Source of the DNA: the human T2T-CHM13v2.0 reference genome, Homo sapiens
Direction: 5' to 3' (one strand)
Length of the DNA: 64,000 nt
NCBI RefSeq assembly: GCF_009914755.1
Contig: NC_060940.1
The position numbers were made by a program, and so were the translations under genes. The notes below the pieces were generated by a model. It did no database searches. It was not told the origin of the DNA and saw only the letters and a program-made list of their open reading frames with translations. This document shows positions 28,686-45,785 of this stretch, piece by piece (position 1 is the first letter of the stretch; every line of letters begins with the position of its first letter).

Positions 28686-29584
28686 AACTTCCTTTCTTTG
28701 TTCAAAATCACTTCCTCCCCGAACCACCCTAGCCCGCACTGTGGCCCCCACCATGGCCCCTAGATCGACCTTAGCAAAGAAGGAAGCTTCTCTACCACCT
28801 CCACAGAGATACCTCGCTGTGGTGGGGTGAGCCTGGACTTGAGGTCAAACAGACATGGATTTGACCTTGGCCTTTTCCTAACCTCTCTGAGCCTCAGTTT
28901 CTTTGGCTATAAAACAGAGTCCACACTACCAATCTCACAGGATTTTCTGGGCAACTTTAATGAGGGAATGGCTGCAAAGCCCCCATCTAGTTCTTGGAGC
29001 ATTCTAGGTCCTCTGTAAACGGCAGCCTATGAAGCTGATGGGCTGGGCCCAGAAAAACAAGTCCTTTCTCCTCCACACTCAACAACTGAACAAACTAGTT
29101 TATCATTGGAAAGGATTTTGACAATGCCTCTGGCCCCTAGAGTTCCACAAGCCTCCAGGCCTTGTCAGTTCAGAGACGTCTCTGGCAGACGTGCCCTTTA
29201 GAAATGGCTCTTTTGGAATCTGGGGACAGTTGCTGAGCCTGTGAGATATGTCACGGTGACCTTGGCCTTCAGAATCAGATGACAATTATTTTTCTTCCCC
29301 TTCAGAATTCAGCACCTGACTTTGAAAATAAGCACTGGCCCACACAGGCTGGGGGCCTGGAGATGGGTAGTAGGAACCTGGTGGGAAGAACTTTGAAGTC
29401 CAAGGTAGAGATCTGGCCCCAAAAGCCCCACCCGCCCACCCACCCCCTGCGAGGTCTTCTTGGGCAAGTCCTCTCATCTCTCCAGGTCTCCTTTTTCCCA
29501 TCTCTAAAAGGGGGCTGCTGTGAAGGCAGAAGCACGAGAAAGGGGAAGGGAGAAGTCACAAACTGGCTCAAAGACAGGTTTTTG

Positions 29585-29760
29585 AGATTTTTTGTTTTGT
29601 TTACTGTTTGCTTTGTTCCCTCCCCTGTCTTCCTCCTCCTCTTCCTCCTCCTCTTTCTTCTCCTCTCTCTGTTTCTCTCTCCACTTGACCTTAGCCAAAA
29701 GGCCAAGAAGTGATCTCTCTCTATCTCTTCTCCCTTTCTGCCTCTCTCTTCCTCCCTCTT

Positions 29761-29796
<36 letters not shown>

Positions 29797-29845
29797 TCTT
29801 TCTCTCTGGGTGTGTGTGTGTGTTTCTCTGTCTCCCTCTCTCTTG
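29585..29845. repeat. Low-complexity (TCC)n/(TC)n/(TG)n tract
   Basis: Direct reading. Confidence 0.8.
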
Positions 29846-30520
29846 GTACATGTGATATTTCTAAAAATTTGAATTAGATGTCATGCCAATATTTAAAAAT
29901 GGGAAAATCACAAGAGAATCTAGATTCTTTTGAAAACATGGAAGACCAGGGCCATATTCCCACATGGAAATAGTGGCTGGGCAGAGTGGCTGCTGCTCCC
30001 TTTACCGAGGGCAGGTGCTGTCTAGTTTGCTGCAGTCCTCACCCCTCCCTATTGTTTGCCACCACAAAGGCTGAGGGCTACAGCCCAGGGAACCAGCTCA
30101 GCGTGCAGGCAGTGAGAGGGAAGAAAGTGTGCAGTCAGGGAGGACACAGATGGGCAAGGCTCGGGGAGGAGGCTGGCATGGGAGGCCAGGAAAGGCCCTC
30201 CATGGGAAGCGCCCCCAGACATCTGCTGATTCCCGTCACCTGCTGCTACCCTTGAAAACACATCTGTGAATATGATCTGGGACTGCTCAGTCTGGAACAT
30301 AGCGGAGAAAAGCAGGAAAGCATTTACCCGCTGCGAGTTGGCAGTGTAGCCCAGTGTTTAAGGGCACGGCCTGGGGAGCCAGGTCACCTGCAGGCAAACC
30401 CCGGCTGTGCTAGGGACTTTCTGTGTGGCCTCAGACAAGTTACCTCGCCTCTCTGAGCCTCGATTTCCTCACCTGACTCACAGGTGAGGAATTACATGAA
30501 ACAGGTAAAGAGGCATCACT

Positions 30521-30822
30521 GGCTGGGCACAGTGGCTCGTGCCTGTAATCCTGGTATTTTGGGAGGCTGAGGCGGGAGGATCGCCTGAGCCCAGGAGTTC
30601 AAGGCCAGCCTGGGCAACACAGTGAGACCCTGCCTCTACAAAAATTTAAAAAATTAGCCAAGTGTGGTGGCGTGCACCTGTGGTGGTAGCCACTCAGGAG
30701 GCTGAAGCAGGAGAATTGCTTGAGCTCGGGAGGTTGAAGCTACAGTGAGCTATGATTGTACCACTGCACTCCAGCCAGGGTGACAGAAGGACACCCTGTC
30801 TCAAAAACATAAATAAATAACA
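30521..30822 (+). mobile_element. AluJ inserted in a MIR
   Basis: GTAAAGAGGCAT repeated on both flanks; MIR core at 30340-30500. Confidence 0.9.
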
Positions 30823-31754
30823 ACAAGACACGTGTAAAGAGGCATAACCCAGGGTTCACTCCCGATAGACTTCAATATGCTAGCTGTCCCCATTTTAACA
30901 GAGGAGAACAGATTCTGTCTTGGAAAGAACAAAGAAAAAATCCTCAGCTGCCTCAAGCCTGACAGAGCCAGACTGAGTGGGTGGTGGGGAGGTACTGTCC
31001 AACTGGGTGATGTGGATTCCACATTTGCCCAGGATCTCAAGACCAGGCAGGCTTCAGCCTCCGCTCCTTGCCTCTCTGCACCTCCGTTGCTGAATCCAGG
31101 GTCCCCTGTGGCCTGATGGTACTCCAACTCAGTCTCCCCATCCTGAGCACTAATGCAATTGTCCTTCCTCCTCAATCTCACCTGAAAAACAGCAGTGACT
31201 GCACAAACCCAGACACTGTTTCCTGGGAATGCAGACAGAACAGGACTTGGATCCAGTCCTCCAGGAACCCCAAATTGAACCTGCGGGGTGAGACACACAC
31301 CCAGTGACAACCACGCTCTACAGCACCCACGGAGGGCTAAGCACCGAGCTGGCACCCTTTTGACAAATAGAAACTCAATTCATCTCCACAACCACTCTAT
31401 GCCTTGGGTGCTATTACCATCTCCACGTCATGGAGGTGAGGAAGCTGAGGCAGGTGAAGAAGTTAAGTCCCCATCCCAGGGCCATAATGGGCAAGTAAGT
31501 GGCAGAGCTGGGGTTCAGAGCCTGGTCAGCCCAGCTCCCATGGCACGAGAAGCCCAGCTGGCCTCAGAGCACCTCCCTGATGCCTGCTTGGGGGGCCTGG
31601 CTGGTTCCTTCCAAGTATTTGAGGTAGGGGCTACCAGGCTCCATCTTCCAGGTAAGGACACTGAGGCAGAGAGAAGGAAAGAGATTCACCCAAGATCCTG
31701 CAGCATTGGCAAGGGGAGTTAGGAATGGTGCCTACGTCTATCTGAGCCTCCCTC

Positions 31755-32580
<826 letters not shown>

Positions 32581-32789
32581 TATTGTTTCTTGGCTAAGGC
32601 AGAGTGAAGAATCTCTGCTACAGGAGCGGTTCTCAAGTTTGTGCATGCATGTTAAAATGCAGATTCCTGGGCTGGCCCCTGTGGAATCTGATGCTGCAAG
32701 TTTGGGAAGAGGCTGGGATCTGCATTTCGAGCAAGTGCCCCAGGTCGTTCAGATGCACGGGCCATTTTATGAGAAAGAGTTACCTTTCA

Positions 32790-33300
32790 GAAATGTAAAT
32801 ACCATCGGGTCTCTCTCCTCCTGCAACCTTCTGGTGATGCCCCGTAGTGCTTGGGATAAACCCCAGCTCCGTGCCTTGACATTTGAGTTTCTACCAGATT
32901 GTCAGACCACTGCCTACCCTTTGTCATCCCCTGTCCCTCCACACTCCAGCCTCATGGGCAGCTCCCTTCCTCCAAAGCCACCTCAGGGCCTTTGCACTTG
33001 CTGTGCCCTTGGCCCAGTGTTCTTCCCCCAGCGTCACTTGGCCGGCTGCTTCCCAGCTCAGATGACCCCAACCCCTCCATTTAAAGCAGCCACCACTGCC
33101 GTCACACACAGTCACTTTCGGTCCTTCCCCCTATTGTACTATCCCCTCTGCCCTCCTGGTTATTGGAAGTGGTGTTATTCACTGGTTTACTGAGGTCTGG
33201 TCTGGCAGGATGCTGTCTGTCTGTCCAGCACCCGCTCCGGGAACCACATCTGGCTCTGGCATGGGTGGCGCTCAGCAAAGAACTTGCTAAATGAATGAGT
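32790..33300. mobile_element. L2 3' remnant
   Basis: CCTCAGGGCCTTTGCACTTGCTGTGCCC...GCTAAATGAATGAG. Confidence 0.7.
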
Positions 33301-33744
33301 GAAGAAATGCCACCAGCCAGGAGGAAAAGGAGATGGCCAGAGTTGTTCAGCAGCAGAGAGGCCGAGGGAAAAAACTGCTTCCAGGAGAAGGGAGCCGCTG
33401 TCATGAATGCCACCAAAAGGTCAAGGGAAATGAAGACTGAGAGATGAGAAAAGGCCACGGGCTTTGGCGATTGGAACCCCTCTGGTGACATTTGTGGGGA
33501 GGGAAGCTGATTCCGCAGAGAGGCCGATGCCAAGGGGGAATCTGGCTTCAGGAGGTGGGGAAGGAGGGGGTGGTGAGGCTGGCAGTGCAGACCCCGCGGG
33601 TGCCGATGATGAGACGGGAGGTTCGCCCAAGCTTCAGAGCAAGGGGAGGGAGAGGGGGGGCCGCTGGTGCAGGAGGCTTTGGTCATCTGTATTCACTGAC
33701 TCACTCATTAATTCACTTTCAGCAGGGAGGGATGGGGAGGGGAC

Positions 33745-33985
33745 AAGAGCAGGGCTCTGGAGCCAGGCAGGGTGTGATCACATCCCACCTCCTCCGCTTA
33801 CCAGCAGGGTGCCTTGGGCGTTATTTAAATCTGGCTGGATCTTGGTTTTCTCATCTGTAAAATGGAATGAAAACGATGTCCGCCTTAAGGGCTGCAGTGA
33901 GGCTTTAGTGACACATGCGGGAACAGGACAGGGTACCCAGAGAGTAGCCAGCAAGTGCCCAGCGGGTACCATCTTTTGTTTCCTA
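33745..33985 (+). mobile_element. MIR
   Basis: GGCTCTGGAGCCAGGC...CCTTGGGC..TTTTCTCATCTGTAAAATGG. Confidence 0.75.
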
Positions 33986-35184
33986 TTGCTGCTCAATGTC
34001 GGGTGCCATGCTGCAGCTGGGAGGTGGCAGTGGAAGGCAGCTTTCAGTATGAACCACAGAGACAAGGACACAGCCAGGCAAAGCAGTGGCGGCCAGGCGA
34101 GCCGAGTGACCAGAGGCTGCAGGGATCCAGAAGGGACCAGCCTGGCTCAGGCACAGGAGTCCCAGGGGTTTCTGGAGGAGGAGCTGGAGGAGGTCTTGAA
34201 GGACAAGGGGGAGTCCAGCAAGAAGAACGAGACCCAGGGGGCGGGAGCCTGGAGCTGGTGTGGCTGGACCCAGAGGCCAAATCCTGGGGGCTAGGAGCCC
34301 GCAGAAGAGGCTACTTGATCCCCAGGCAGCAGGGAGTTGTGGGAAGCCTCCCGCCAGGGAGCAACGTGGTCGGACCTGGGTACCCAGTATTCCCTCTGGC
34401 TGCCACACAGAGAGAGAGAAGTGGGCCTGGTGTCAGTGCTGCCCTGTGGGGAGACTTCTGCAGGGCTCCCTGGAAGCAGGGGCAACTGTCTGAATGGTGG
34501 AAACCACAGCCAAGACAGGGGAGAGGAGACAGACTGCCCGTGGGAGGCAGAGTAGAGTCGTCCCCTGCGGACCCCGGGTCACTTTCCTCTGATGTGTGTC
34601 CCACAAGGACGAGTACTAAAGGGGGCTGCAGAACGCCCACCTACCTCCATCAACTTTTCTTCCCACCTCTCCACCAAAGCCCATTTTGAGTGCATGGTGG
34701 AGGGGGCTCCAGATGCTAAGATGCCCCCCCTTGGGGCCCTGGAGGGAGAGTGGCCTCAAAGCTGCAATGAGCCACCAGGGACCAAATCCTCCAGGGCAGG
34801 CCAGAAGTCAGGGGCTTGGCGGACAGAGTGCAGTATCCTGGCACCCAGATTTGGAAGTCCCAGCCCCAGGAAGTCCCCCAGTCAAGACAGAGACCCCCCA
34901 CCAAGGTCCTATGAAGACACTGAGTGTGAGCCCCAGCTGACTCGGCATTCACTTACCTGTCAGAGCCAGCGGTCACCTGTACAATGGCCGTTAACTCCCC
35001 CTCACTTTCGACCCTGTCTTCTGCCCCCTTTCCCCTTGCTCACCTTCCTCCAGGCACCCTGGCCCACTTGCTGTTGCTGAAACGTGCCAGGCACACTCTT
35101 GCCTTGGGGACTTTGCACTTGCTGCTCCCTCTGCATGAAATGCTGTTCCCCTGTGTCTCTCCACCTGCCCTAAGGTTTTGGAGG

Positions 35185-35487
<303 letters not shown>

Positions 35488-36405
35488 TGATGTCTTCCCT
35501 GATCCCACTATTTAAAATTGCCGATGCCCCTCCCCAATACTCCCTAGCCCCCTTTCCTTTTTATTTTTTTCCCTAGCATGTATGACCATTCAGCAGCCAA
35601 AAGGATCTTTCTAGAATGTAAATCGAATCTCCCCTCCATAAATCCCTCTAATGTTCCAATGGTTTCCCATCATACTCAAAGTGAAATCCAGGTTTCTTCC
35701 AGGGCCCTAAGTGACCTGGCCCCTGCCCACCTCTCCTGCCTTATCTCCCTCCCCTTCCTTCCTGAGGCTCCTTTCCAGCCACAAAACTCATTCCCACCCC
35801 AGGGCCTTTGCACATGCTTTCCCCACCTCTGATGGAAACACGATTACAAGACATCTCTCACTTTCCTCCTTAAGGAAAGGTACAAGCACAGTCATAAATG
35901 GGGGTGAATGCTCTGCTTCCGTGTCAAGAAAAGCACAGAAAGTCATGGCAGCTGCAGCCACCTGGAGGGGTCACATTCAGGGATGGTCACATCCCAGGAG
36001 AAGCCACAGCCGCAGCCGACAGGTGGGAATATGCACTCGGGGTTGCCAGATCTTCCAACTCTTCCAAAGAAGCCAGAAATCTTGGGTTTTACATGAAATT
36101 TCATTTTGAAAAAATAATGAATTCAAATCTTTTCAAACACAACTGTGAGGCCCTAGGACACCAGTTTCCAATCCTTCACAGAGCTCAGAAACCCAATCAT
36201 GATTGAGTCCATCCCACTGCATTTTTTTGTGCTAAAAATTCACCCCAGAGAGGGGACAAGATTTGAAGAAGGTCACACGGCTTCTAGCCGAGCATGGTCT
36301 CCAACCCAGTACTCTGTTTCTTAACAGCAGACATTTCTTCAACTTCTACTGAGCACTTGGCTGGACCACACAAAGGGGAAAATGCTATTCCGTTCATGCC
36401 AGAAT

Positions 36406-36692
36406 CTTTTTTTTTTTTTTTTTTTTTAAAGCGACAGGGTCTCACTTTGTTGCCCAGGCTGGACTGCAGCAGTGCAATCATAGCTCACTGCACCTCCTGG
36501 GCTCAAGTGATCCTCCCCACCTCAACCTCCCAATTAGCTGGGACCACAGGCATGTGTCATGCTGCCTGGCTAATTTTATTTTTTTGTAGAGACAGGGTCT
36601 CATTCTGTTGCCCAGGCTGCTCTTGAACTCCTGGCCTCAAGCAGTCCTCCCACAGCCTTCCAAAGTGCTGGGATTACAGACATGAGCCAGCA
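36406..36692 (-). mobile_element. AluJ
   Basis: Poly-T then antisense Alu. Confidence 0.9.
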
Positions 36693-38029
36693 CCTTTAAG
36701 ACATGGACAGAATAATGAACAAATATTTGTGGGTAGAAATTTTTTAAGGCTTATCTGCAATGGTACATGAAGGGTCTATCCTAGCACGAAGAATGTACTT
36801 CTTCTGTCTCAGTACGGCATTCATCTTGGTGGCAGGGCGGGGCGGGGGATGCATGATGCATGATCCTGCCTGAGTCTATGGTGAGCTCTGAATCTCTATC
36901 TTATTACTAGACAGCATCTTTTCTCTTGCCACTACCCTTCCCCCACCTTCCCACTCCCACCCCTGCCTCACCACCTTGACCAAAAGGATCCTGGCTTTAT
37001 CACTGTGGCAGAGAAGTCTAAAAATATCTAGACGCACCAACTTCAGGGGTTTATTCTCTCATCTGGGAGGCACCCACAAAGCTTTTGCCAATATAAATGG
37101 CATTTCCTTTGGTATTTTTAAAGATCAGAGAATCCACGGGAATATACAAGTTGGACGGGGCCTTTGAGATCACAGCTTCCAAATGCCTCCTGTTTCAGGT
37201 TTAAAAAAAAAAGTTTTTTAAGGAGGCTCGAAAGGTTAGGTTTCCAGATAGCTCACAAAGGAAGAAACCAACGTAGTTAAAATCCTATGGAAAAATTAAT
37301 TCAACCTCTCTCGTAATAAAATTTAAATTAAGGCACTCATGAGATAGAGCTTGTAGCCAGCATATTAAGCAAAATTTTTCAACTAAGAGCTTCTAGTAGA
37401 AGATAGCGACGGGAGGGTGGGTTTCCCTGGCGGAAACATTTACAAACTTCTCACTCAGAAGCCATGAAATCCCCCTATTTCCCCAGGCTCCCTTGCTGTG
37501 TGACTAGTCCTGGCCACCAGGCTCTGAAAAGCTGGCGTGTGGCCTTCCTGGTTCTTACCCCGCTTCCCTGAGGATCTGAGGAGGTGTTGAGATGTTAGTG
37601 TGTCCAGCATCCTGGGTCCCTAGGAGATCAAGTTTGCTTCAGCCCGGGGCCCTCTGCACCTCCTGCTCCCCCTGAAATGTTCTTTCCTCTTATTCTCACA
37701 GGGCTGGTTCCTCATCTGCACTCAGGTCTCAGTTCAAATGTAAGCTCTTCATCAAGGAACCAGAAAGATCCTAACCCATCCACCTACCCAACCTTCTCTC
37801 CCCTGGCCACGCCCCATTCTGACATCTTGTTTAATTGTCTCCCTAGCAGCGGTCTCATTTTGAAATGATCATACCTTTGCCTCAGTTTACCCGTCTGTGA
37901 AACGGGCAGTCAGACTCAACTTGAAGGCCCATCCCCTCTGTGACATGACTCCCGAGACCCCGATGGGTATGGACACCCTGTCTCACCACCTCCACTGCCC
38001 CTCCTGTGCCCTGGGCCAGCCCAGCATCC

Positions 38030-38503
38030 CTCTTGGAAATAGAACCCACTTTTCCTTCCAGAGACCACCACTACCCCATTCTCAGCACTTGAGTATGGGG
38101 GACAGTCCAGCTGCTCCCAGCTACAGGGCTAGTATCCTCAGAGTCTACTGTGATTGGTTAAGGGATGGGCACATGACTCAAGCTGGGCCAATCAGAGCTA
38201 GACCTGGGAATTTGCAGAAACATCTGTTGAAGAGGCGGTCCCTTTCCACTGGGAGTTGCTAAACTGGAGAAAGTGGAAACTGGAGCTGCCGGGAGCACCT
38301 CTGCCAGTACAGACCCCCTCAGAAGGAAACCCAGGAGAGCCGAGCAGAGAGAGAATGGCTGACTCTTAAGAGCATTGTGGGAGCGCCTGGATCCAGCTGT
38401 GCCTGACTGTGATATGTCCCTGATACTTGAATTATGGAGCCAGTAAACTCCTCCTTCAGCTCAAGTCTGTTTGAAATGAGTTTTCTTTCTTTTGCAGCCA
38501 AAA
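38030..38503 (+). mobile_element. MLT1K-like LTR
   Basis: GTGATTGGTTAAGGGATGGGCACATGACTCAAGCTGGGCCAATCAGAG...CCTGGATCCAGCTGTGCCTGA. Confidence 0.7.
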
Positions 38504-39072
38504 TAGGCTTTTGCCTTCCTTGACTGTCCCTGCAAGGATGTCTGTCCCAGCCCTGGAATGTTTGCTCATTTCTTAGTCTCCCTCTGGGGATATGAGCTCC
38601 CTCATAGGCAGGGCTCCCAGCATCTCTGCTCCTCATCTGCCCTGTGCAGCCCTGGCCAAGTGACCAGAGGAGAGAGAAAGCTCTGCAGCTCTGGGGTTTT
38701 AATTGGGGAGCTGCTCTGTCCATTCCAGAAAGCTTCAGACTGTGTGATCTGAGCAATTAACCTTTCTGCAGAGGCCAAGGCCAATTATATCCCAGGGGCC
38801 ATCTGTGACATCTGTGTAACAGAACAAATGTCTCAGCCTGGCTGTCTTGGTTTTGTAGGACAAATGTAGCATAATCAATCTCTTCTATCCCCTCTGCTGT
38901 TGCCCCAGTCTAGGCCTGTGTCCTTTCTTGTGGTTGCAACAGCCTCTGCCTCCTTCCTACTTTCCCATTGGCCCACTCTTGCCCATGCTCCACAAACTTG
39001 TCCCCTGTGACCTTGGCAATTGCATCTGCAGCTTCCCCACGCCCCACCCTCCAACTCCCCTAAACTACCTAC

Positions 39073-39497
39073 CTGGTAGATTGCAAGCATGGTCCCAAAT
39101 TATTCACCCTTCCTGTGTCTGTACCCTTTTAAAATACTCTCCCACTTCTGACTTTGAGCTCAGCCATGGGACTTGCTTTGGCCAATGGGATGTTAGCGGA
39201 TGAGACACAAGCACATTGCACAACCAGTGCAATCCCTCTTGCTTGCACCTGTTGTCACCCAGGCTAGCCTGCTGGAGGATGAAGGATCCACTGGGCAGAA
39301 CCTAATCATCCCAGCTGAGGCTGGCCTAGGTCAGCCAAACAGTCTGTCTGTGCCTAGACATAAAGCAAGCTAGCCACAATCAGCAAAACCATCGAGCTGA
39401 TCACCCCACATGTTGAAGCAGTAAACGCTTATACTTGCAGACCTCTGAAGGTTGTGATCAGTATGCAGCATTGTCATGGCAATAGAGAACTGATGCA
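39073..39497 (+). mobile_element. MLT1H/I-like LTR
   Basis: CAGCCATGGGACTTGCTTTGGCCAATGGGATGTTAGCGGA...GGCAATAGAGAACTGATGCA. Confidence 0.7.
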
Positions 39498-39571
39498 TGT
39501 TACATTTCCCCCAAGTCTCTAGAGCCTTGGCAAGTACTCTTCCATCTGCCCGTCCTGTCTACACTTTGGTC

Positions 39572-39912
39572 TGTTTCCTAGTCCAGTTTGCGCTGCTATA
39601 ACAGAATACCAGAGACTGGGTAATTTTTAAAAAACAGAAATTTACTTCTCACAGTTCTGGAGGCTGGGAAATCCAAGAACAAGGTGGCTTTTCTGGTGTG
39701 GGCCTTCTTCCTGCGTCCTTGCATGGCAGGAAGGGCAAGAGAGAGCTAATACACTCCTGCAAGCCCTTTTTATAGCAGCATTAATCCATTCATGAGGATG
39801 GAGCCCTCCTGACCTAAACACTTCCCAAAGGCCAAAACTCTAACACCGTTGCATTGGGATTAAGTTTCCAACACATGAATTTTTGGAGAGGACAAAAACA
39901 TTCAAACCACAG
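39572..39912 (-). mobile_element. MST/MLT1A-like MaLR LTR
   Basis: GCTGCTATAACAGAATACCAGAGACTGGGTAATTT...CTCACAGTTCTGGAGGCTGGGAA...ACATTCAAACCACAG. Confidence 0.8.
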
Positions 39913-40399
39913 TGTTTTGCTTGGCCAACTCCTACACATCCTGCAAGATTCAGCTCAGTATCTCATCCCACTGAGGGCTTCAGTAACCTCCTCTTCCCAC
40001 CCCACCCCAAAGGCTGATAGCTCACTTCTCTATGCCCTTACAGCCCCTCTGCATTAAAACAGGCTGGAGTCAGAGAGTGTAGCTCAAGCCCTGGTGCCTA
40101 CACTTACCAGCCGTAGGGACCTGGGGCCCATCATTTAACATTTCTAAACCTGAGTTTCCCCACCTGAAAATGGGGATGACAATAACATCACCCATCTAGT
40201 AGATATCCCATGGGAGGGGCTTCATGTAGTGTCTGGCACACAGCAAGAGTTCTCTCTAGTTAGCTGCTATCCTGTCGCTATGGTGCTTACCTCATTGTCA
40301 TGCCATTATTTTTCTGCCTTGTGAGACTTTGGGCCCCAGAAGTCAGGACCCACACCTCATTCACTATCTGCCTTTGGACTAGGCCAGAGGGAACAATTA

Positions 40400-40893
40400 T
40401 TTTTTCTTTTCTCTCTTTCTTTCTTTTTCTTTCTTTCTTTCTTTTTTCTTTCTTTCTTTCTTCTTTTTCTTTTTTTTTTTTTTTTTGACAGGGTTTCACT
40501 CTGTCACCCAAGCTGAACTGCAGCGGTGTAGTGGTGTGATTATGGCTCACTGCAGCCTTGAACTCTTAGGCTCAAGCAAGGGTCCCACCTCAGCCTCTCA
40601 AAGTGTTGGGATTACAGGCGTGAGCCACCACTGACCTGGCCCCAGAGAGGACAATGTTGATGAAAGGAGGGAGAAGGCGAAGGAACTAACCAAACACCTG
40701 CATGACTCTGCACTGCACCCAGCTTTTTTTTTTTTTTTTTTTTTTTTGAGACAAGGTCTTGCTCTGTTGCGCATGCTGGAACACAATGGTGTGATCATAT
40801 CTCACAGCAGTCCCGACCTCCAGGGCTCATGTGATCCTCCCACCTCAGCCTCCCAAGTAGCTGGAACTACATGTGTGAGCCACCATGCCCAGC
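40400..40893 (-). mobile_element. Two monomeric Alu (FRAM/FAM-like) copies: 40400-40640 with TTTC-rich tail, and 40723-40893
   Basis: Single-arm antisense Alu bodies with T tails. Confidence 0.8.
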
Positions 40894-41018
40894 CTGCACC
40901 TAGATCTTTATAAGCTGTCACTTCTGATTCTCTAAAGAGAAGTTTCACAGTCCCATTTCATTGTTAAGAACATCAAGGTTCGGGGAAGCAATGTAACTTG
41001 CCCATGAGCACACAGTAA

Positions 41019-41407
<389 letters not shown>

Positions 41408-41819
41408 TAGTATTCAAGAGAAATACTATAACTAATAAGAAAGAGTATTTATAAAGTACTTACTATACTACTCATGCTGTTTGAATCACAACTGATTTAA
41501 TCATCACAAAAACCTCTGTGAGGTAGGTAATGTGATTATCCCCATTTTATAGTCAAGAAACTGAGGCATGAAAGGTCCATTGACTTGCTTAAGGTCACAC
41601 AACTAGAAAATGGCAAGACCAAGGTTTGAACCAGGCCACTTGAGGCCATGGAGCTTTCTAGTTCATCAGTCTTATTGCCATGGATGATGAACTGCATGGT
41701 TCATGACCCTCAGTCTTCCCATCACAGACACCCAAACACACACAGGTACAAAAGCCCCTGGTCAGGATGACTGACACATGCAGGAACCTGCCTCAGTCTA
41801 CCCAAGAACTCCAGGTCTA

Positions 41820-42135
41820 GGCTGGGTGTGGTGGCTCTCACCTGTAACGCCAGCACTTTGGGAGGCCAAGGCAGCAGGATTGCTTGAGCCCAGGAGTCCA
41901 AGACCAGCCTGGGCAGCATAGTGAAAGCCCATATCTACAAAAATACCAAAACTTGCCAGGCGTGGTGGCATGCACTTGTGCCATGTACAACTCGGGAGGC
42001 TGAGGCAGGAGGATTGCTTGAGCTCAGGAAGTTGAAGCTGCAGTGAGCCATGATTGCATCACTGCACTCCAGCCTGGGTGACAGAGCAAGAACCTGTCTA
42101 AAAAACAACAACAACAACAACAAAAATACAAAAAA
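41820..42135 (+). mobile_element. AluJ with (AAC)n tail
   Basis: Dimeric Alu. Confidence 0.9.
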
Positions 42136-42214
42136 TTCCAGTTCCCTGCCCTGAGCCCCAGTCAAGGGCTGGGGACCTGGCACTCCCTGTAGTTCCTGCC
42201 CACTTCCTCCCTAG

Positions 42215-42645
<431 letters not shown>

Positions 42646-43324
42646 CCCTTTCTCTCTTTACTCCAGGCATCTCCTTGCTGCTTGGCTGCTGTTTGAATAT
42701 CCTGGGTATTTTCTGCCTCAGGGCCTGTGCACCTGCTGTTCTGCTGTTTGGAACCTCCCCACTCCCTCCCCCAACCACATGGCATCCTCATGGTTTTGTC
42801 CTCCACTCCTTTGATCTTTGCTCAAATGTCACCTTCTTGAGAAGGCCCCCTCTGGCTCCCCCAACTGTAATGTAAACGCTCTCTCACTCCCTGCCCTTCT
42901 TCACAGCCTCAGCCCCGCTTTACTTTTCTCCACACTTATTGCCATCTAATAATACCATGTGACTGACAACTTACTTTTTTGAAAGTTTGTTTCTCTCTTT
43001 GAGAGTGGAAGCTCCATGGAGGCAGGGGTTTTTGTCTCCTATATGCCACTGGGCCCTAGTGTCTTGAACTGCGCCTGACACATAGCAGGCATTCCTTAAC
43101 ATTTGTTGAATAAATGAATGATTTGTTGATCAGCTTTGGATTCAAGCTATAAGGACACTGACCACCTGCTTTGTGGTGGTCAGGCTGGGGCTTGGTGAGT
43201 TCCCGCAACCCTACAAGGGTCTGACTCCTACCACTGTCTCACCATCCATGTACCCAAGCTCCCAGCATGCCTCACAGCCAAGCCCACTTAAGGTCAGACA
43301 ACTGGCATTAAGACCAAAGGTCTG

Positions 43325-43658
<334 letters not shown>

Positions 43659-43689
43659 TCAGATTTCATATATACTCACAACAACAACA

Positions 43690-44600
<911 letters not shown>

Positions 44601-44626
44601 GAAAATAATGATTTGGGAGATGAGAG

Positions 44627-44887
44627 CAGGGGTTGTCAAACTACAGCCTATGGGCCAAATTTGCCATGCCTCCTGTTTTTGTAAATAAGATTTTATTGGA
44701 ATACAGACAAATAAAGTTTTATTGGACCACAATCAAGTTCATTCATTTATGTATCATCTATGGCTGCTTTCATATAACAATGGCAGAGGTGAGTAACCAC
44801 AATAGAGACTGTGTGGTTCCCAAAGCCAGTATTTACTATCCAGATATTTACTTTCTGGTCCTTTTAAAGAAAAGTCTGCTGCCCCAG
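44627..44887 (+). mobile_element. MER58A
   Basis: CAGGGGTTGTCAAACTACAGCCTATGGGCCAAAT...TTTTTGTAAATAA..TTTTATTGGAATACAG...TATGGCTGCTTTCA. Confidence 0.82.
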
Positions 44888-45589
44888 GGCTACAGCAATG
44901 ACCTACACTCACAGACTAAATTTAATTATTTTAAAATTTTTTTCTACGTATTTTCTAATTTAAAAGTAACACATGCTTATCGGAAAGAATTTGAAAAATA
45001 TAGAAATATGAGAAAATAGTTTCCCATATAAGGTCACCACCAGCAATAACTGGTAAAATTTGAGCCTATTTCCTTCCAGTTTTTTTTTTTTTTAACGCAT
45101 ATGTAAGTTTCCTCCGTCTATAACCAGGAGCTTGCAGATCATGCAGTTTTGCACCCTGTTACTTTCACTTAATATAATCTCAGGAGCATTTTTCTGTGTG
45201 GCTTAATAGCATTCCATTTTTTGCTATTATAAGTAATGATGCAATTAGTATCCTTGTACACATGTCTTCGTTGACAATATGAAATATTATATAGTCATCC
45301 AAAATGAATTCTTCAAGGAATCTCTAATGATACAAGGACTGTCATGGCTACATTATTTATACCAGCAAAAAGACTGGAAACAATATGAATGGTTTGGCAG
45401 TAGAATTGTTATATGAACTTAGTACAACATTAAGTGGAGTACCAAGTTCATATATTGTGGATGGAATATTATTCTGTAGCTTCCAAATGTAATGATTATG
45501 AAGAATGGAAAAATGGTTCTCTCTCCGAGCCTCAGTTTCCTGATATGCAAAGTGAGGATACAGCCTCCCAGAGCTGTTTTAGAAGCGTT

Positions 45590-45785
<196 letters not shown>

